Notes: generated by a model from the sequence alone, not told the origin. Shown: positions 31,114 to 41,209, counted from the stretch's first letter. The stretch: DNA of 64,000 nucleotides from Longimicrobiales bacterium (GCA_965249725.1 CBDFMQ010000002.1:576001-640000), one strand, 5' to 3'. Numbers and translations: made by a program.

Positions 31114-34100
31114 AACTGAGATCCCTGCGCGTTCATGGGTTCAAGTCCTTTGCCGACTCCACCGTCATCGACTTCCACGAGGGCATTACGGCCATTGTCG
31201 GCCCCAACGGATGTGGGAAGTCCAACATCAGCGATGCGGTTCGCTGGGTACTAGGCGAGCAACGTCCTTCCGCGATCCGCGGGGGGAAGATGGAGGAGGC
31301 AATCTTCCAGGGTTCGCTGAATCGTCGCCCCGTGAATCGGGGTGCGGTCACCATGGTGGTGAGCAACGAGGACGGCCTTCTTCCGGTCGCGTACGACGAG
31401 GTTGAAATCGGCCGTACCGTATACCGCGATGGGGGAAGCGACTACTCGCTGAACCGGTCGACCTGCCGTCTTCGGGACGTCGTCGACCTCTGCAGGGACA
31501 CCGGACTCGGGGCGAACGCCTATTCGGTGATCGAAAACCGGATGATCGACGCGATTCTCTCCGATCGGGCCGAGGAGAGGCGGCAGCTCTTCGAAGAGGC
31601 CTCCGGGATCGGCAAGTACAAAGATCGCCGCAAGGCAGCACTGCGGCGATTGGAGCATGCCGAGAACGACCTAACGCGACTGGAGGACGTCATCGCGGAA
31701 GTCGAGACCAAAGTGCGCTCGTTGGCTAGGCAGAAGGGCAAAGCCGAGCGGTACAAGTCTCTTCGGGAGCGGCGGTTGTCCGTAGAGGTCGCGGTGGTTC
31801 GCAACGACCTGGCGGATCTCGGTACCCGCCTGAAGGAGTTGGACCAGATCCTGGAGGGAGATCGCAAGACGGGTCAGGGCATGGTCGCCGAGCTTCGGGC
31901 GGCCGAGGCGACGTACGAGACGCTACGGCTCGAGGAAGTGACGGCGGAACGCGGCAGGGGTGAGGCGGCAGCGGCCTTGGACCAGGTGAAGAGCCAGCTG
32001 GTGGAGTGGGAGCGTGATCTGGCGGTAGCCGAGGAGCGCAGAGGCTACGCTGAGCGCCGCTTGAGTCAAATCGGTAGTGACCGCGAGGCCTGGTCGAAGC
32101 GCCTGGACGACGTCCGTGTCGAAACAACCGAACTGCAGGCAACGCACGACGGGCAGGAAGGAAACCTGCAGCGGGTACGGGACGATGCGAACCGACAAGC
32201 GGAGGTTTCCGCGGCGGTTAAGGGTCGCCTGAAGGAAGCCCGCGAACAAATGGAGGAGGCGGAACACCGCGAGCGGGATCTGGTCCGCAAGGGCGCGCAA
32301 CTGGAGGGTGACGCCGAAGCCGCCAAGGGTCAGGCGGCCGAGTTGGAGCGTCGAATTGAGCGCATTGCCGCGGAGCTGAGTGACGCGTCGAACGTGCTGA
32401 CGGATCTGGAGTCGCAGGGCGATCTGTTCACGACCCGGCTGGATGGACTGGAGGCCTCGGTGGAGGCGGCCAGCGGGCGCCTCGTTGCGGCTCAAGAGGA
32501 CTTGGGTGCTCACCGCAAAGCCCTCGAAGAGGCGAGGCGGCGCGAACTCGATGCCGCGCGCATCGTCCAGGGAGTGGAAGCCGAGATCGCTGCCTTAGAG
32601 GCTATGGGCCTAAGGCATGAAGGGGTCGATCCCGCCATACAGGGCGTGCTCGCCCTGGAGGATTCGGGCGTCGTGGGATCCCTCCTGGACTTCATCGAGG
32701 CTTCCAGCGAGGTCGCCGCCGCGGTGGAGACCTATCTGGGCCCGATCGCACAGGCTCTCGTGCTGAGGGACGGGGCCGCCGTAGACCGGATCGTCAACTG
32801 GTTTGCCGACGAGTGGACGGAAGAGGGTGGTTTGGTGCTGCTTCCGCTCGATCGGGTACCTGGATCGTCAGGCGGGTCGCTCCTCAACGCCGTGAGTGCC
32901 AAGGGAGAAGGCGCTCCGTGGGTCGAGGCGCTCCTCGGCGAAGTAGACCTGGTGGACACTCATGAGTCGGGGGGCACGAGTCCTGAGCGCCCGCGGCTTT
33001 CGGTTTCCGGCACGGTCAGCGATCCCCGCGGCTTCATCAAGGTCGGCCGACCGTCGGGTACCTCGGGTGTGCTCGAGCGAAGAGCTCGTGTGGAAGGGCT
33101 GCGCCAGACCCTGGACCAAACGGCTGCCAAGGCGGCCGGCGCGAAGCAGGTCGTGGCTAACGAAGAAGACGCCACGGAGTCGGCCGAGGGTGCCGTCGAG
33201 GCTGCTCGCGCGGTCTTCCTCGAAGCCGAGGATGAGCTGAGACAGACGAGCGCCGACATGGCGGCTCAAGTGGACCGCCGTGCGCGAGTCGACACCCACC
33301 GGGACGAGTTGGCCCGTCAGCTCGAGGGAGCCAAGGCGGCGGTGACCCGGGCTCAGGAGCGGGCCCAGACGGCGGGTGAGGACCGAGAAGGCCTCCTGGG
33401 CCAAGAGGGTGCCATTCGGGCCGAGCGAGAAACGGCGCGGACGGCCCTGGTGGGCGTGCAGGATGAATGGGAAGAGGCTCGTGGCGAAGAGTCCCGGCTT
33501 TCCGTCACACTGGCCCGCATGGAGGCGGAGGCCGAGCGAGTAGCTGAGCGCCTCGGGGATTTGGCTCGCGAGACCAAGACCGGCGAAGAGCGGCTCGGCG
33601 AGCTGGATGCTGAGGAAAAGGTCCTCAAAGAAGAGGTAGACACCGTCCAGAAGCTACAAGCGGATGGCAGCGTCGCAACCGAGCGCCTGTTCGCCGAGCG
33701 TGACGAAGCGGAGAAGCTGCTCGGAGAGCGGGCCAAGGTGCTGTCTGAGGTGGCCGAGGCTCTGGCCGAGGCGGACAAGGCGGCACGGTTGGCCCGGAGC
33801 GCCGAGCGCGAAGCGGTCGATCGGCGGCACCAGTTCGAGTTGGAGCGACAGGAGGTTTCGGGTCGCATCGGTCTCATTCAGGAGCGCCTCGAGGGAGAGT
33901 GGGGGCGTCCGCTTGAGCGCCTTCTCGAGGACGCCGAGCCGGTGGAGGGTGAGCCCGAGGCACTCAAGGAAGAACTCGAAGACATCGTGATCAAGCTCGA
34001 GCGCATTGGGTTCGTCAACATGCTCGCCGTCGAGGAACACGCCGAGGAGAGCAGCAGGCTCGAGTTCCTCAGCGAGCAGCGCGACGATCTCGTGGCGGCA

Positions 34101-34631
34101 CGGAACGATCTCAAGTCGGCCATACGGCAGATCAACGAAACCGCCATCGATCTCTTCGAGGGCACGTTCGAGAAGATCCGGGAGAACTTCCGCTCCACGT
34201 TCCAAAGGCTGTTCGAGGGCGGTGAGGCCGACATCTGGCTTGCCGACCCTGAAGACCCGCTGGAGTCGCCGATCGAGGTTCACGCCTCTCCGCGAGGGAA
34301 GAAGACCCAGAGAATCGACCTGCTGTCGGGTGGGGAGCGGGCTCTGACGGCGTTGTCTCTCCTCTTCGGGATCTACTTGGTCAAGCCGAGTCCGTTCTGC
34401 GTCCTCGACGAGGTCGATGCCCCGCTCGACGAGAACAACATCGGTCGCTTCATTCGCCTGCTCCAGGAGTTCAAGGAGCAGACGCAGTTCGTGATCATCA
34501 CGCACAATCCGCGGTCCATCGAGGCCGCTGATTGGATCTACGGAGTGACCATGGAGGAGCCCGGCGTCAGTACGGTCGTCGGTGTGCAACTCCAGGACGC
34601 CGTGCAGGTGGTGGGCGGCTCGGCGGCCTAG
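31110..34631 (+). CDS. smc: Chromosome segregation protein SMC
   Basis: GFKSF, GPNGCGKSN, coiled coils with hinge, LSGGE, LDEVDAPLD, ITH. Confidence 0.98.
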   Translation: MKLRSLRVHGFKSFADSTVIDFHEGITAIVGPNGCGKSNISDAVRWVLGEQRPSAIRGGKMEEAIFQGSLNRRPVNRGAVTMVVSNEDGLLPVAYDEVEIGRTVYRDGGSDYSLNRSTCRLRDVVDLCRDTGLGANAYSVIENRMIDAILSDRAEERRQLFEEASGIGKYKDRRKAALRRLEHAENDLTRLEDVIAEVETKVRSLARQKGKAERYKSLRERRLSVEVAVVRNDLADLGTRLKELDQILEGDRKTGQGMVAELRAAEATYETLRLEEVTAERGRGEAAAALDQVKSQLVEWERDLAVAEERRGYAERRLSQIGSDREAWSKRLDDVRVETTELQATHDGQEGNLQRVRDDANRQAEVSAAVKGRLKEAREQMEEAEHRERDLVRKGAQLEGDAEAAKGQAAELERRIERIAAELSDASNVLTDLESQGDLFTTRLDGLEASVEAASGRLVAAQEDLGAHRKALEEARRRELDAARIVQGVEAEIAALEAMGLRHEGVDPAIQGVLALEDSGVVGSLLDFIEASSEVAAAVETYLGPIAQALVLRDGAAVDRIVNWFADEWTEEGGLVLLPLDRVPGSSGGSLLNAVSAKGEGAPWVEALLGEVDLVDTHESGGTSPERPRLSVSGTVSDPRGFIKVGRPSGTSGVLERRARVEGLRQTLDQTAAKAAGAKQVVANEEDATESAEGAVEAARAVFLEAEDELRQTSADMAAQVDRRARVDTHRDELARQLEGAKAAVTRAQERAQTAGEDREGLLGQEGAIRAERETARTALVGVQDEWEEARGEESRLSVTLARMEAEAERVAERLGDLARETKTGEERLGELDAEEKVLKEEVDTVQKLQADGSVATERLFAERDEAEKLLGERAKVLSEVAEALAEADKAARLARSAEREAVDRRHQFELERQEVSGRIGLIQERLEGEWGRPLERLLEDAEPVEGEPEALKEELEDIVIKLERIGFVNMLAVEEHAEESSRLEFLSEQRDDLVAARNDLKSAIRQINETAIDLFEGTFEKIRENFRSTFQRLFEGGEADIWLADPEDPLESPIEVHASPRGKKTQRIDLLSGGERALTALSLLFGIYLVKPSPFCVLDEVDAPLDENNIGRFIRLLQEFKEQTQFVIITHNPRSIEAADWIYGVTMEEPGVSTVVGVQLQDAVQVVGGSAA

Positions 34632-34655
34632 GCCGGCTCTTCAGCGAAAGCGGCC

Positions 34656-34747
34656 GAAGCACCCCGTCGAAGCACCCCCGTCGAAGCACCCCCGTTGGAG
34701 CACCCCCGTTGGAGCACCCTCGGTGAAGCGCCTCGGTTGGAGCACTA
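34656..34747 (+). repeat. Tandem ~14-bp repeat G(A/G)AGCACCCCCGT(C/T), ~6.5 copies
   Basis: Units at 34656, 34669, 34683, 34697, 34711, 34725, 34739, drifting gradually in sequence. Confidence 0.9.
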
Positions 34748-34844
34748 GCAGTCATCCCGTAGACTCCATCTGTTCCCTCCGGTAGACTTCTGTGCGTCGC
34801 ATAGCACCGTCTAACCCGTTGCACGCCAGAGATTTGAGAATCAC

Positions 34845-35873
34845 ATGCTCGTAGTGATGAAGCACAGCGCCTCCGCGACCGAGGTCGAGTGCGTTGTCGA
34901 AAAGATCGAAGCGATGGGGTACGAGGCGCGGTCCATGCCGGGTAAGCAGCGGACGACGGTCGGCCTCATGGGCAACGACGGGAGGGTCGACGCTGCGCGG
35001 ATCCAAGGACTGCCAGGAGTCTTGGAGATCATCCCCGTCACCAAGCCCTACAAGCAGGTCTCCCGAGAATGGCGTGACGCCGACACCATCGTCGAGGTCG
35101 CCGACGGCATCCGTTTCGGAGGGCCCGAGGTGCCGATCATCGCCGGTCCGTGTGCCGTAGAGAGCGAGGAGCAGATTCTCGGCATCGCCCGAGAGCTGAA
35201 GTGCATGGGGGCCAGCCTCCTACGCGGTGGTGCGTTCAAGCCGAGGACGTCTCCGTACTCTTGGCAAGGGTTGGGCGAGGACGGACTCAAGATGTTGGCT
35301 GGGGCTAAAGAGGCGACTGGACTAGCCATTGTCACCGAGGCTCTGGACCCGGACAGCGTCGATCTGGTGGCGGAGTATGCCGACGTCCTACAGATCGGGG
35401 CTCGCAACATGCAGAACTACCCGCTGCTGAGGCGGGCAGGGAAGTGCGGCAAGCCGGTCCTGCTGAAGCGGGGCATGTCCGCGACCATCAATGAACTGCT
35501 GCTTGCTGCCGAGTACCTTCTCGCGGAAGGAAACGAGGACGTCATCCTCTGTGAACGAGGGGTGCGGAGCTTCGACACTCAGACTCGCAACCTCCTCGAC
35601 CTCACCGCCGTCCCCGTCGTGAAGGCCCTCTCGCATCTGCCCATCATCGCTGACCCCAGCCATGGGACGGGGATCCGAGACAAGGTGATTCCGATGGCCC
35701 GGGCGTCGGTGGCCGCGGGTGCCGACGGCCTCATGGTCGAGGTGCATCCGGATCCTCCGGCAGCCTTGTCGGACGGAGCCCAGTCGCTGTATCCGAATCA
35801 GTTCGGCGAGCTCATGGAGCAGATTCGCGTCATCGCGAAGGCTATCGGCCGCTCGGTACGAGAGGCTTCCTGA
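34845..35873 (+). CDS. aroF: DAHP synthase, class I-beta, with N-terminal regulatory domain
   Basis: [40 protein letters not shown]. Confidence 0.96.
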   Translation: MLVVMKHSASATEVECVVEKIEAMGYEARSMPGKQRTTVGLMGNDGRVDAARIQGLPGVLEIIPVTKPYKQVSREWRDADTIVEVADGIRFGGPEVPIIAGPCAVESEEQILGIARELKCMGASLLRGGAFKPRTSPYSWQGLGEDGLKMLAGAKEATGLAIVTEALDPDSVDLVAEYADVLQIGARNMQNYPLLRRAGKCGKPVLLKRGMSATINELLLAAEYLLAEGNEDVILCERGVRSFDTQTRNLLDLTAVPVVKALSHLPIIADPSHGTGIRDKVIPMARASVAAGADGLMVEVHPDPPAALSDGAQSLYPNQFGELMEQIRVIAKAIGRSVREAS

Positions 35874-35999
35874 CCATGGGTACGCCCGACTCCGGGCGCC
35901 ATCGTAGGCATCGGGACTCCTCGCCCGGCAGTGGGCATGCGGCCTCCCTGCTCAACAGGAGACATCCGGATCCTCGGCCTTTCAACCCTGTTGCGAACG

Positions 36000-36359
36000 A
36001 TGAATACGGTGGATCGTGGGCGCCACTTCGAGGATCTCGCCGAGGCCCATCTAGTGGATCGCGGTTGGAGGGTCCTGGATCGGAATATCCGCTTCATGCG
36101 CAAGGAGATCGACCTCGTCGTGATCAAGGACGGGGTCGTGGCGTTCGTGGAGGTGAAGGGACGGGGTGGCTTACAGTTCGGCCATCCCCTCGAGGCCATC
36201 CCCTGGCGTAAGCGTCGGGCCATCTCGGTGGCGGCGCGAATGTGGATGGCGCGCAGTCGGATTCGGGCGTGCTCCTACCGTTTCGACGCCGTTTGGGTGT
36301 GCTCGAAGGAATCCGGCACCGTCGAGATCGAGCACGTCGAGGGTGCTTGGACAGAATGA
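36000..36359 (+). CDS. yraN: YraN/UPF0102 family endonuclease-like protein
   Basis: G..FEDLA, EIDLV, FVEVKGR, RFD. Confidence 0.9.
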   Translation: MNTVDRGRHFEDLAEAHLVDRGWRVLDRNIRFMRKEIDLVVIKDGVVAFVEVKGRGGLQFGHPLEAIPWRKRRAISVAARMWMARSRIRACSYRFDAVWVCSKESGTVEIEHVEGAWTE

Positions 36360-36411
36360 GCTGAAAGCGGCGAAAACCCGCGTGTTTCCTGCTTTCTCGC
36401 TCTGCCCGCCG

Positions 36412-36440
36412 TTGACGCTCCCTTCGGCGCGGTCTAACTT
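36412..36440 (+). promoter_or_regulatory. sigma70 promoter of SRP RNA
   Basis: TTGACG-N17-TAACTT directly before the RNA 5' end. Confidence 0.7.
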
Positions 36441-36444
36441 TCGC

Positions 36445-36544
36445 ATGTCCCAGGTCCGTAGGGCGAAAGCCCACGAACTCCGTCAGGACCTTGCCGGTAG
36501 CAGCGGTAAGTGTGGTGATCGTTGCTGCGGGTCGCCTGGGGCAC
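36445..36544 (+). ncRNA. ffs: Small bacterial SRP RNA (4.5S)
   Basis: Core GAACTCCGTCAGG-ACC-loop-GGT-AGCAGCGGTAAG; outer stem TGTCCCAGGT/GCCTGGGGCA; T8 run after; usual position upstream of dnaX-ybaB-recR. Confidence 0.88.
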
Positions 36545-36615
36545 TTTTTTTTCTAGTGCGGCCCCTCTGCTGCACCAGCTCGGCTCTCGAAGCGTACTCC
36601 TGAAGCGTACTGCTT

Positions 36616-38454
36616 GTGTCCCACACAGCTCTGGCCAGAAAGTATCGCCCACGGCGATTCGCCGAAGTGACGACTCAGGAGCACGTCTCTGAGACCCTGT
36701 GTCGCGCAGTCGCGGACGCCAGAGTCGGCCACGCCTACCTTTTCTGTGGCCCGCGCGGTGTGGGCAAGACGACCCTGGCTCGGGTTCTCGCGATGGCTCT
36801 CAACTGTGCCGACCGAGACGACTCGGGTGAGCCATGCGGCGACTGTGACAGCTGCTCGCGGATTTGGGGTGGTCAGACCGCCCTCGACGTGGTCGAAATC
36901 GACGCCGCGTCCAACCGAGGAGTAGACGATGCCCGTTCACTGAGAGAGCGGGCCATGTACGCTCCCTCACAAGAGGGTCGATACAAGGTCTACATCGTGG
37001 ACGAGGCGCACATGCTCACACGAGAAGCATGGAACGCCTTGCTGAAGATCCTGGAAGAGCCGCCCCCGCGGGTGATCTTCGTCTTCGCCACGACCGAGCC
37101 GCAGAAGATCCAACAGACGGCGGCGCCAATCCTGTCGCGGTGCCAGCGGTTCGACTTCCGGCGTATTGGCGTGGCGGACATCATGGCGCGCCTCTCGATC
37201 GTACTCGCAGGTGAGGGATCCACGGCTCCGGATGACGCTCTCCGGACGATCGCGCGTAAGGCAGACGGAGGCATGCGAGACGCGCTGTCGCTCCTCGATC
37301 AGGTCATCGCGCTGACGGGAGGAGAGGTCACTCAGGAGTCGGTCAGGCGGGTGCTCGGGCTGGTCGAGACGGAGCGCTACCTCGAGTTCATGGATATCCT
37401 GGCCAGCCGGCAGCACGGCGAGGTCTTCGCGTTCGTGGAGCGCCTGCTCGACGAGGGCTACGACCTGGTCGAGTTCTACCATGGCCTCGTAGATGCGCTG
37501 AGGTCCCTTCTCAGGCTCTCCCTCGGGGGCGATCCGCCCGACTTGGTCGGGGAGATCCGAAAGGCCTTCGAGGCACGGCTCGCACCGTTCCAGGCCGCCG
37601 ATCTCGTTCGCATGCTTTCGCTGGCGTCGGAGCTCGAGAGTTCCGGCAGCCTCAGGCGAAGCGCGAATCCACAGGTCTTGCTGGAGATGCTTCTCCTGAG
37701 GCTCAGCTATGTCGATCGCACGGTCTCGCTCGAGGAGTTGCTGAACAGTCTCGGTGGTACGTCGCCCAGCTCCGACTCGGATGTCGAAGTGCCGGCCGGC
37801 GGCGAGGGTGGCGCACCGGGTGGGTCCGCATCAACACCTTCGGACCCCGCATCGGCGGGAGCATCCACCCTCGAGCTCGACGTTCAGGAGTCAACCACGG
37901 AAAGCGGGGGCGCCCCTGACGCCTCAACGGCGCCGGATCTCGACAGCGAGGAGGCGGGGCCCACGGAGGATGACGTGGCCGGCACGGACGATCGCTCCGA
38001 CCCCGGCACAGCGGCCACCCGAGATGACTCGGATGCCATCGAGCAGGTACCGCTCGTGAAGGACCCGATCGATGACCCGATCGATGACCCGACGGATGCC
38101 TGGGCCCAACTGATGCAGGAGGGACGAGGGCTCCCTCCCGGCATGGGGCCCTTCCTGAAGGCGGCCGTCGTGGAGCTGGGCGAAGACGGGGCACTAGTCG
38201 TGGGTCTACCGGAGGGGCCGGGGCTGGAGCGCTTGAGGGAGGCGACGGAGTTGAGGATGATTCAGAACGCTCTGGAGACCCTCATGGGTGGGCGCCCTGA
38301 GATCGTCGTACGCGCGACGGGTGGCACGTCCTCAGAGAAAATGGAGCGCATCACACCCGAGACGGTGCGTGGTGACCGGCTCCGCGAGCTCATCCAGCGG
38401 GAACCGCTTCTCCAGCACGCGGTAGAAGAACTCGACCTGGAGTTACTGGATTGA
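36616..38454 (+). CDS. dnaX: DNA polymerase III gamma/tau
   Basis: LARKYRP, GPRGVGKTT, Zn Cys cluster, EIDAASN, DEAHML, SRCQ. Confidence 0.98.
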   Translation: MSHTALARKYRPRRFAEVTTQEHVSETLCRAVADARVGHAYLFCGPRGVGKTTLARVLAMALNCADRDDSGEPCGDCDSCSRIWGGQTALDVVEIDAASNRGVDDARSLRERAMYAPSQEGRYKVYIVDEAHMLTREAWNALLKILEEPPPRVIFVFATTEPQKIQQTAAPILSRCQRFDFRRIGVADIMARLSIVLAGEGSTAPDDALRTIARKADGGMRDALSLLDQVIALTGGEVTQESVRRVLGLVETERYLEFMDILASRQHGEVFAFVERLLDEGYDLVEFYHGLVDALRSLLRLSLGGDPPDLVGEIRKAFEARLAPFQAADLVRMLSLASELESSGSLRRSANPQVLLEMLLLRLSYVDRTVSLEELLNSLGGTSPSSDSDVEVPAGGEGGAPGGSASTPSDPASAGASTLELDVQESTTESGGAPDASTAPDLDSEEAGPTEDDVAGTDDRSDPGTAATRDDSDAIEQVPLVKDPIDDPIDDPTDAWAQLMQEGRGLPPGMGPFLKAAVVELGEDGALVVGLPEGPGLERLREATELRMIQNALETLMGGRPEIVVRATGGTSSEKMERITPETVRGDRLRELIQREPLLQHAVEELDLELLD

Positions 38455-38485
38455 TGGCAACGTGTTGCAGGGCAAGGACTTGACG

Positions 38486-38803
38486 ATGACGGATCTTCAG
38501 AAGCTCATGCAGATGGGCCAGCAACTCCAGGAACGGATGACCAAGCTGCAGGCGGAGCTGTCGGCGCGGGAGATCTCCGCTTCGTCCGGAGGGGGAATGG
38601 TGACGGCCACGGTGGACGGCAAGGGTACGGTTTCTCGGATTGCCATCGATCCCACGGTCGTGGACCCTGGGGACGTCGAGATGTTAGAGGATCTGGTCCT
38701 CGCGGCCGTAGCCGAAGCCCAGAGCAAGGCGCAGAGCGAGTACGAAGAAGAGATGCGTAAGGCGGCGGGGGGTATGCCCATCCAGCTTCCGGGCCTGTTC
38801 TAA
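38486..38803 (+). CDS. ybaB: YbaB/EbfC nucleoid-associated protein
   Basis: SGGGMV, DVEMLEDLVLAA; located between dnaX and recR. Confidence 0.95.
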   Translation: MTDLQKLMQMGQQLQERMTKLQAELSAREISASSGGGMVTATVDGKGTVSRIAIDPTVVDPGDVEMLEDLVLAAVAEAQSKAQSEYEEEMRKAAGGMPIQLPGLF

Positions 38804-38894
38804 CCACTGTGGCTTTTGTTCGACCTGTCCGGCCTCCCGAAGGGACAGCCGGCGCTCCCATCGCGACCTCCGATACTTCTTCGTCAGGCTTCTA

Positions 38895-39488
38895 GTGTCG
38901 GTCATACAGCAGCTCACCTCCGAGTTCTCACGACTCCCGGGCGTCGGCCCGAAAACGGCGCAGCGACTCGTATACCATCTCCTGAAACGTCCTCGCGAAG
39001 AGGCGATCAGGCTCGCCGCCGCGATTCGCGAGGTAGCCGAGCGCGTGCGTCCGTGCGTTATGTGTGGGAATTTCAGTGAACGTGAACTGTGCGAGATTTG
39101 CAGCGACCCGAGACGGGACGGCACGGTGCTCTGTGTTGTCGAGGAGGCCTTCGAGGCCGGGGCCATCGAGCGTGCGGGCGAGTACAAGGGCCTGTATCAC
39201 GTGCTCGGTGGACGGCTGTCGCCCCTGGACGGGATCGGACCCGAGGAACTGTCGCTGGCACCGCTCCTGGATCGAATCAAGGGCTCGGATGGTACGGTCG
39301 AGGAGGTTATCGTAGCGACGAATTCGAGTGTCGAGGGCGAGGCTACCGCGGTCTACCTCGAAGGTCTGATTCGAACGATGGGGCCGCGTGTGACGCGCTT
39401 GGCGAGGGGCATTCCGGTCGGGAGTGACTTGGAGTATGTCGATGGCTCGACCATCGTTGAGGCTCTGACCGGTCGACGGGAGATGTAA
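38895..39488 (+). CDS. recR: Recombination mediator RecR
   Basis: LPGVGPKTAQR, C4 zinc finger, YHVLGG, EGEATA. Confidence 0.98.
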   Translation: MSVIQQLTSEFSRLPGVGPKTAQRLVYHLLKRPREEAIRLAAAIREVAERVRPCVMCGNFSERELCEICSDPRRDGTVLCVVEEAFEAGAIERAGEYKGLYHVLGGRLSPLDGIGPEELSLAPLLDRIKGSDGTVEEVIVATNSSVEGEATAVYLEGLIRTMGPRVTRLARGIPVGSDLEYVDGSTIVEALTGRREM

Positions 39489-39492
39489 GGGG

Positions 39493-39795
39493 ATGGACAA
39501 ACGCCTCAAGAACACGGGATTCGCGGTGCTTGCCGCAGCGGCGGCAGGTGCCGTGGCTGCTCTAGTGATCCGCGATCAGATCCAACGGCACAGCCGGGAC
39601 CTCTTCAGTCCTTCCTTTCTCCGTCGTCTGGCCGCTCTCGGGTTCATGGCGAAGGCGGAGGCGTCCGTCGATCACATCAACCTCTTGAAGGACTTCGTAG
39701 CGTGGGAGCCCAGGCTTACCCTACGGCGTAGGGCGGAGGCGATCATCGGACGAATGGAGGAGGATGCCATGCGTGGCGTTCTCCCGGCCGGGTAG
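39493..39795 (+). CDS. Hypothetical protein with N-terminal TM anchor
   Basis: 100 aa, hydrophobic N-terminus, SD AAGGGG; operonic with recR. Confidence 0.7.
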   Translation: MDKRLKNTGFAVLAAAAAGAVAALVIRDQIQRHSRDLFSPSFLRRLAALGFMAKAEASVDHINLLKDFVAWEPRLTLRRRAEAIIGRMEEDAMRGVLPAG

Positions 39796-39981
39796 TTGCT
39801 CATCCTGTCCACGTACCCGACCTTTACGCGTCCCTTTCCTCGAAAGGGTGAATGCCTCATCTTCGTCGCCGTCCTGGACGATATCACATCCCATCTGGCT
39901 CCCTGTGCGGGGGCCGAGACCACGGGGGACCGCTTGGCGGGATTGATCGATTCACACCACCGGAAACGAGCGTAGCCGATC

Positions 39982-40560
39982 ATGTCGATGATCAACTACG
40001 CGAGCCGGGAGATCAATTGCAAGATTGTCTATTACGGCACCGGACTCGGTGGAAAGACGACGAATCTCGAGTATGTGTACTCCCGGGTGAATCCGGACGC
40101 GAAGGGAAAGATGATCTCCCTCGCCACCGAGACGGAGCGGACACTCTTCTTCGACTTTCTCCCGATCGACTTGGGAGAGGTGAAGGGCTTCAAGACTCGC
40201 TTCCACCTGTACACGGTGCCCGGTCAGGTCTACTACAACGCCAGCCGCAAGCTCATTCTCAAGGGAGTGGACGGCGTCATCTTCGTCGCGGACTCGCAGC
40301 GGGAACGCATGGAGGCCAACATCGAGGCCATGCACAACCTCTACGAGAACCTCGAGTCGTACGGGTACGATCTCACCAAGATCCCGTTCGCTGTTCAATA
40401 CAACAAACGGGACCTTTCCAACGCCATGGAAGTGGAGGAGCTACGCTCCCAACTCAACCCTGGAAACGTTTCAGATTTCGAGGGCGTGGCTATTGAGGGT
40501 AAGGGAGTCTTCGAGACTCTAGGTGCCGTCAGCAAACTGGTGGTTCAGACCCTGAGCTGA
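39982..40560 (+). CDS. mglA: MglA-family small Ras-like GTPase
   Basis: [44 protein letters not shown]. Confidence 0.95.
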   Translation: MSMINYASREINCKIVYYGTGLGGKTTNLEYVYSRVNPDAKGKMISLATETERTLFFDFLPIDLGEVKGFKTRFHLYTVPGQVYYNASRKLILKGVDGVIFVADSQRERMEANIEAMHNLYENLESYGYDLTKIPFAVQYNKRDLSNAMEVEELRSQLNPGNVSDFEGVAIEGKGVFETLGAVSKLVVQTLS

Positions 40561-40567
40561 GGCGACC

Positions 40568-41209
40568 ATGGCCCGGAGTCGCAACCTTCCCAACCTCATC
40601 ACGATCGGAAGGATTCTGGCGTGCCCCGCGATATTCGCGATGGCCATGTCGTCGTCCGTGGGTGCGCGTTACGGCGCGTTCGTCCTCTTCCTGATCGCTG
40701 CACTCTCCGATCTGTGGGATGGCTACCTGGCGCGCAAGCACGGTTGGATTACCGATGTCGGCAAGCTCCTGGATCCGCTCGCGGACAAGCTGTTGCTCCT
40801 CTCCACCTTCGTGCCGTTCTATCTGATTTCTCACCGGGGTGGCGAGGAGTGGTTCGTTCCGTGGTGGGGCATGCTCCCGATGTGGGTCATGATCGTCATC
40901 TTGGGCCGCGAGCTTCTGGTGACGGTCTTCCGCCAGTGGGCTGCTCGGCGGGATGTCGTCATCGCTGCCGGCCGGTCGGGCAAGTACAAGGCGTTCATTC
41001 AGAACCTCTTCTCCGGCGGTCTCCTGCTGTGGTATCCGCTGCGGGAGAGCGCGCAGGGCTGGGGGTGGGACGGTCTTCCGTGGGGGATCTGGACGTGGCT
41101 CCACTCGGCCTGGATCGGTGTCACACTCGGCTTTGCCCTGCTGCTCACCGTCTATTCCATGTTCGACTATTTCTGGAGCTATCGGTCGCTGATCGGGGTG
41201 CGGAGCTGA
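40568..41209 (+). CDS. pgsA: CDP-diacylglycerol--glycerol-3-phosphate phosphatidyltransferase
   Basis: NLPNLIT, DLWDGYLAR..G..LDPLADK. Confidence 0.88.
   Translation: MARSRNLPNLITIGRILACPAIFAMAMSSSVGARYGAFVLFLIAALSDLWDGYLARKHGWITDVGKLLDPLADKLLLLSTFVPFYLISHRGGEEWFVPWWGMLPMWVMIVILGRELLVTVFRQWAARRDVVIAAGRSGKYKAFIQNLFSGGLLLWYPLRESAQGWGWDGLPWGIWTWLHSAWIGVTLGFALLLTVYSMFDYFWSYRSLIGVRS

Noticed and set aside
34656..34747. Tandem arrays (also 20763-20818) as CRISPR
   Set aside because: Units are 14 bp and contiguous, with no unique spacers and no cas genes.
31110..34844. parS site or origin features near smc
   Set aside because: No TGTTTCACGTGAAACA-like palindrome or DnaA-box cluster noticed by eye.
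39493..39975. TAG readthrough of the 100-aa protein into the next 59 codons, or general amber recoding
   Set aside because: Many clearly complete genes (prs, hppA, smc, grpE) end in TAG, and short open frames are common at this GC.
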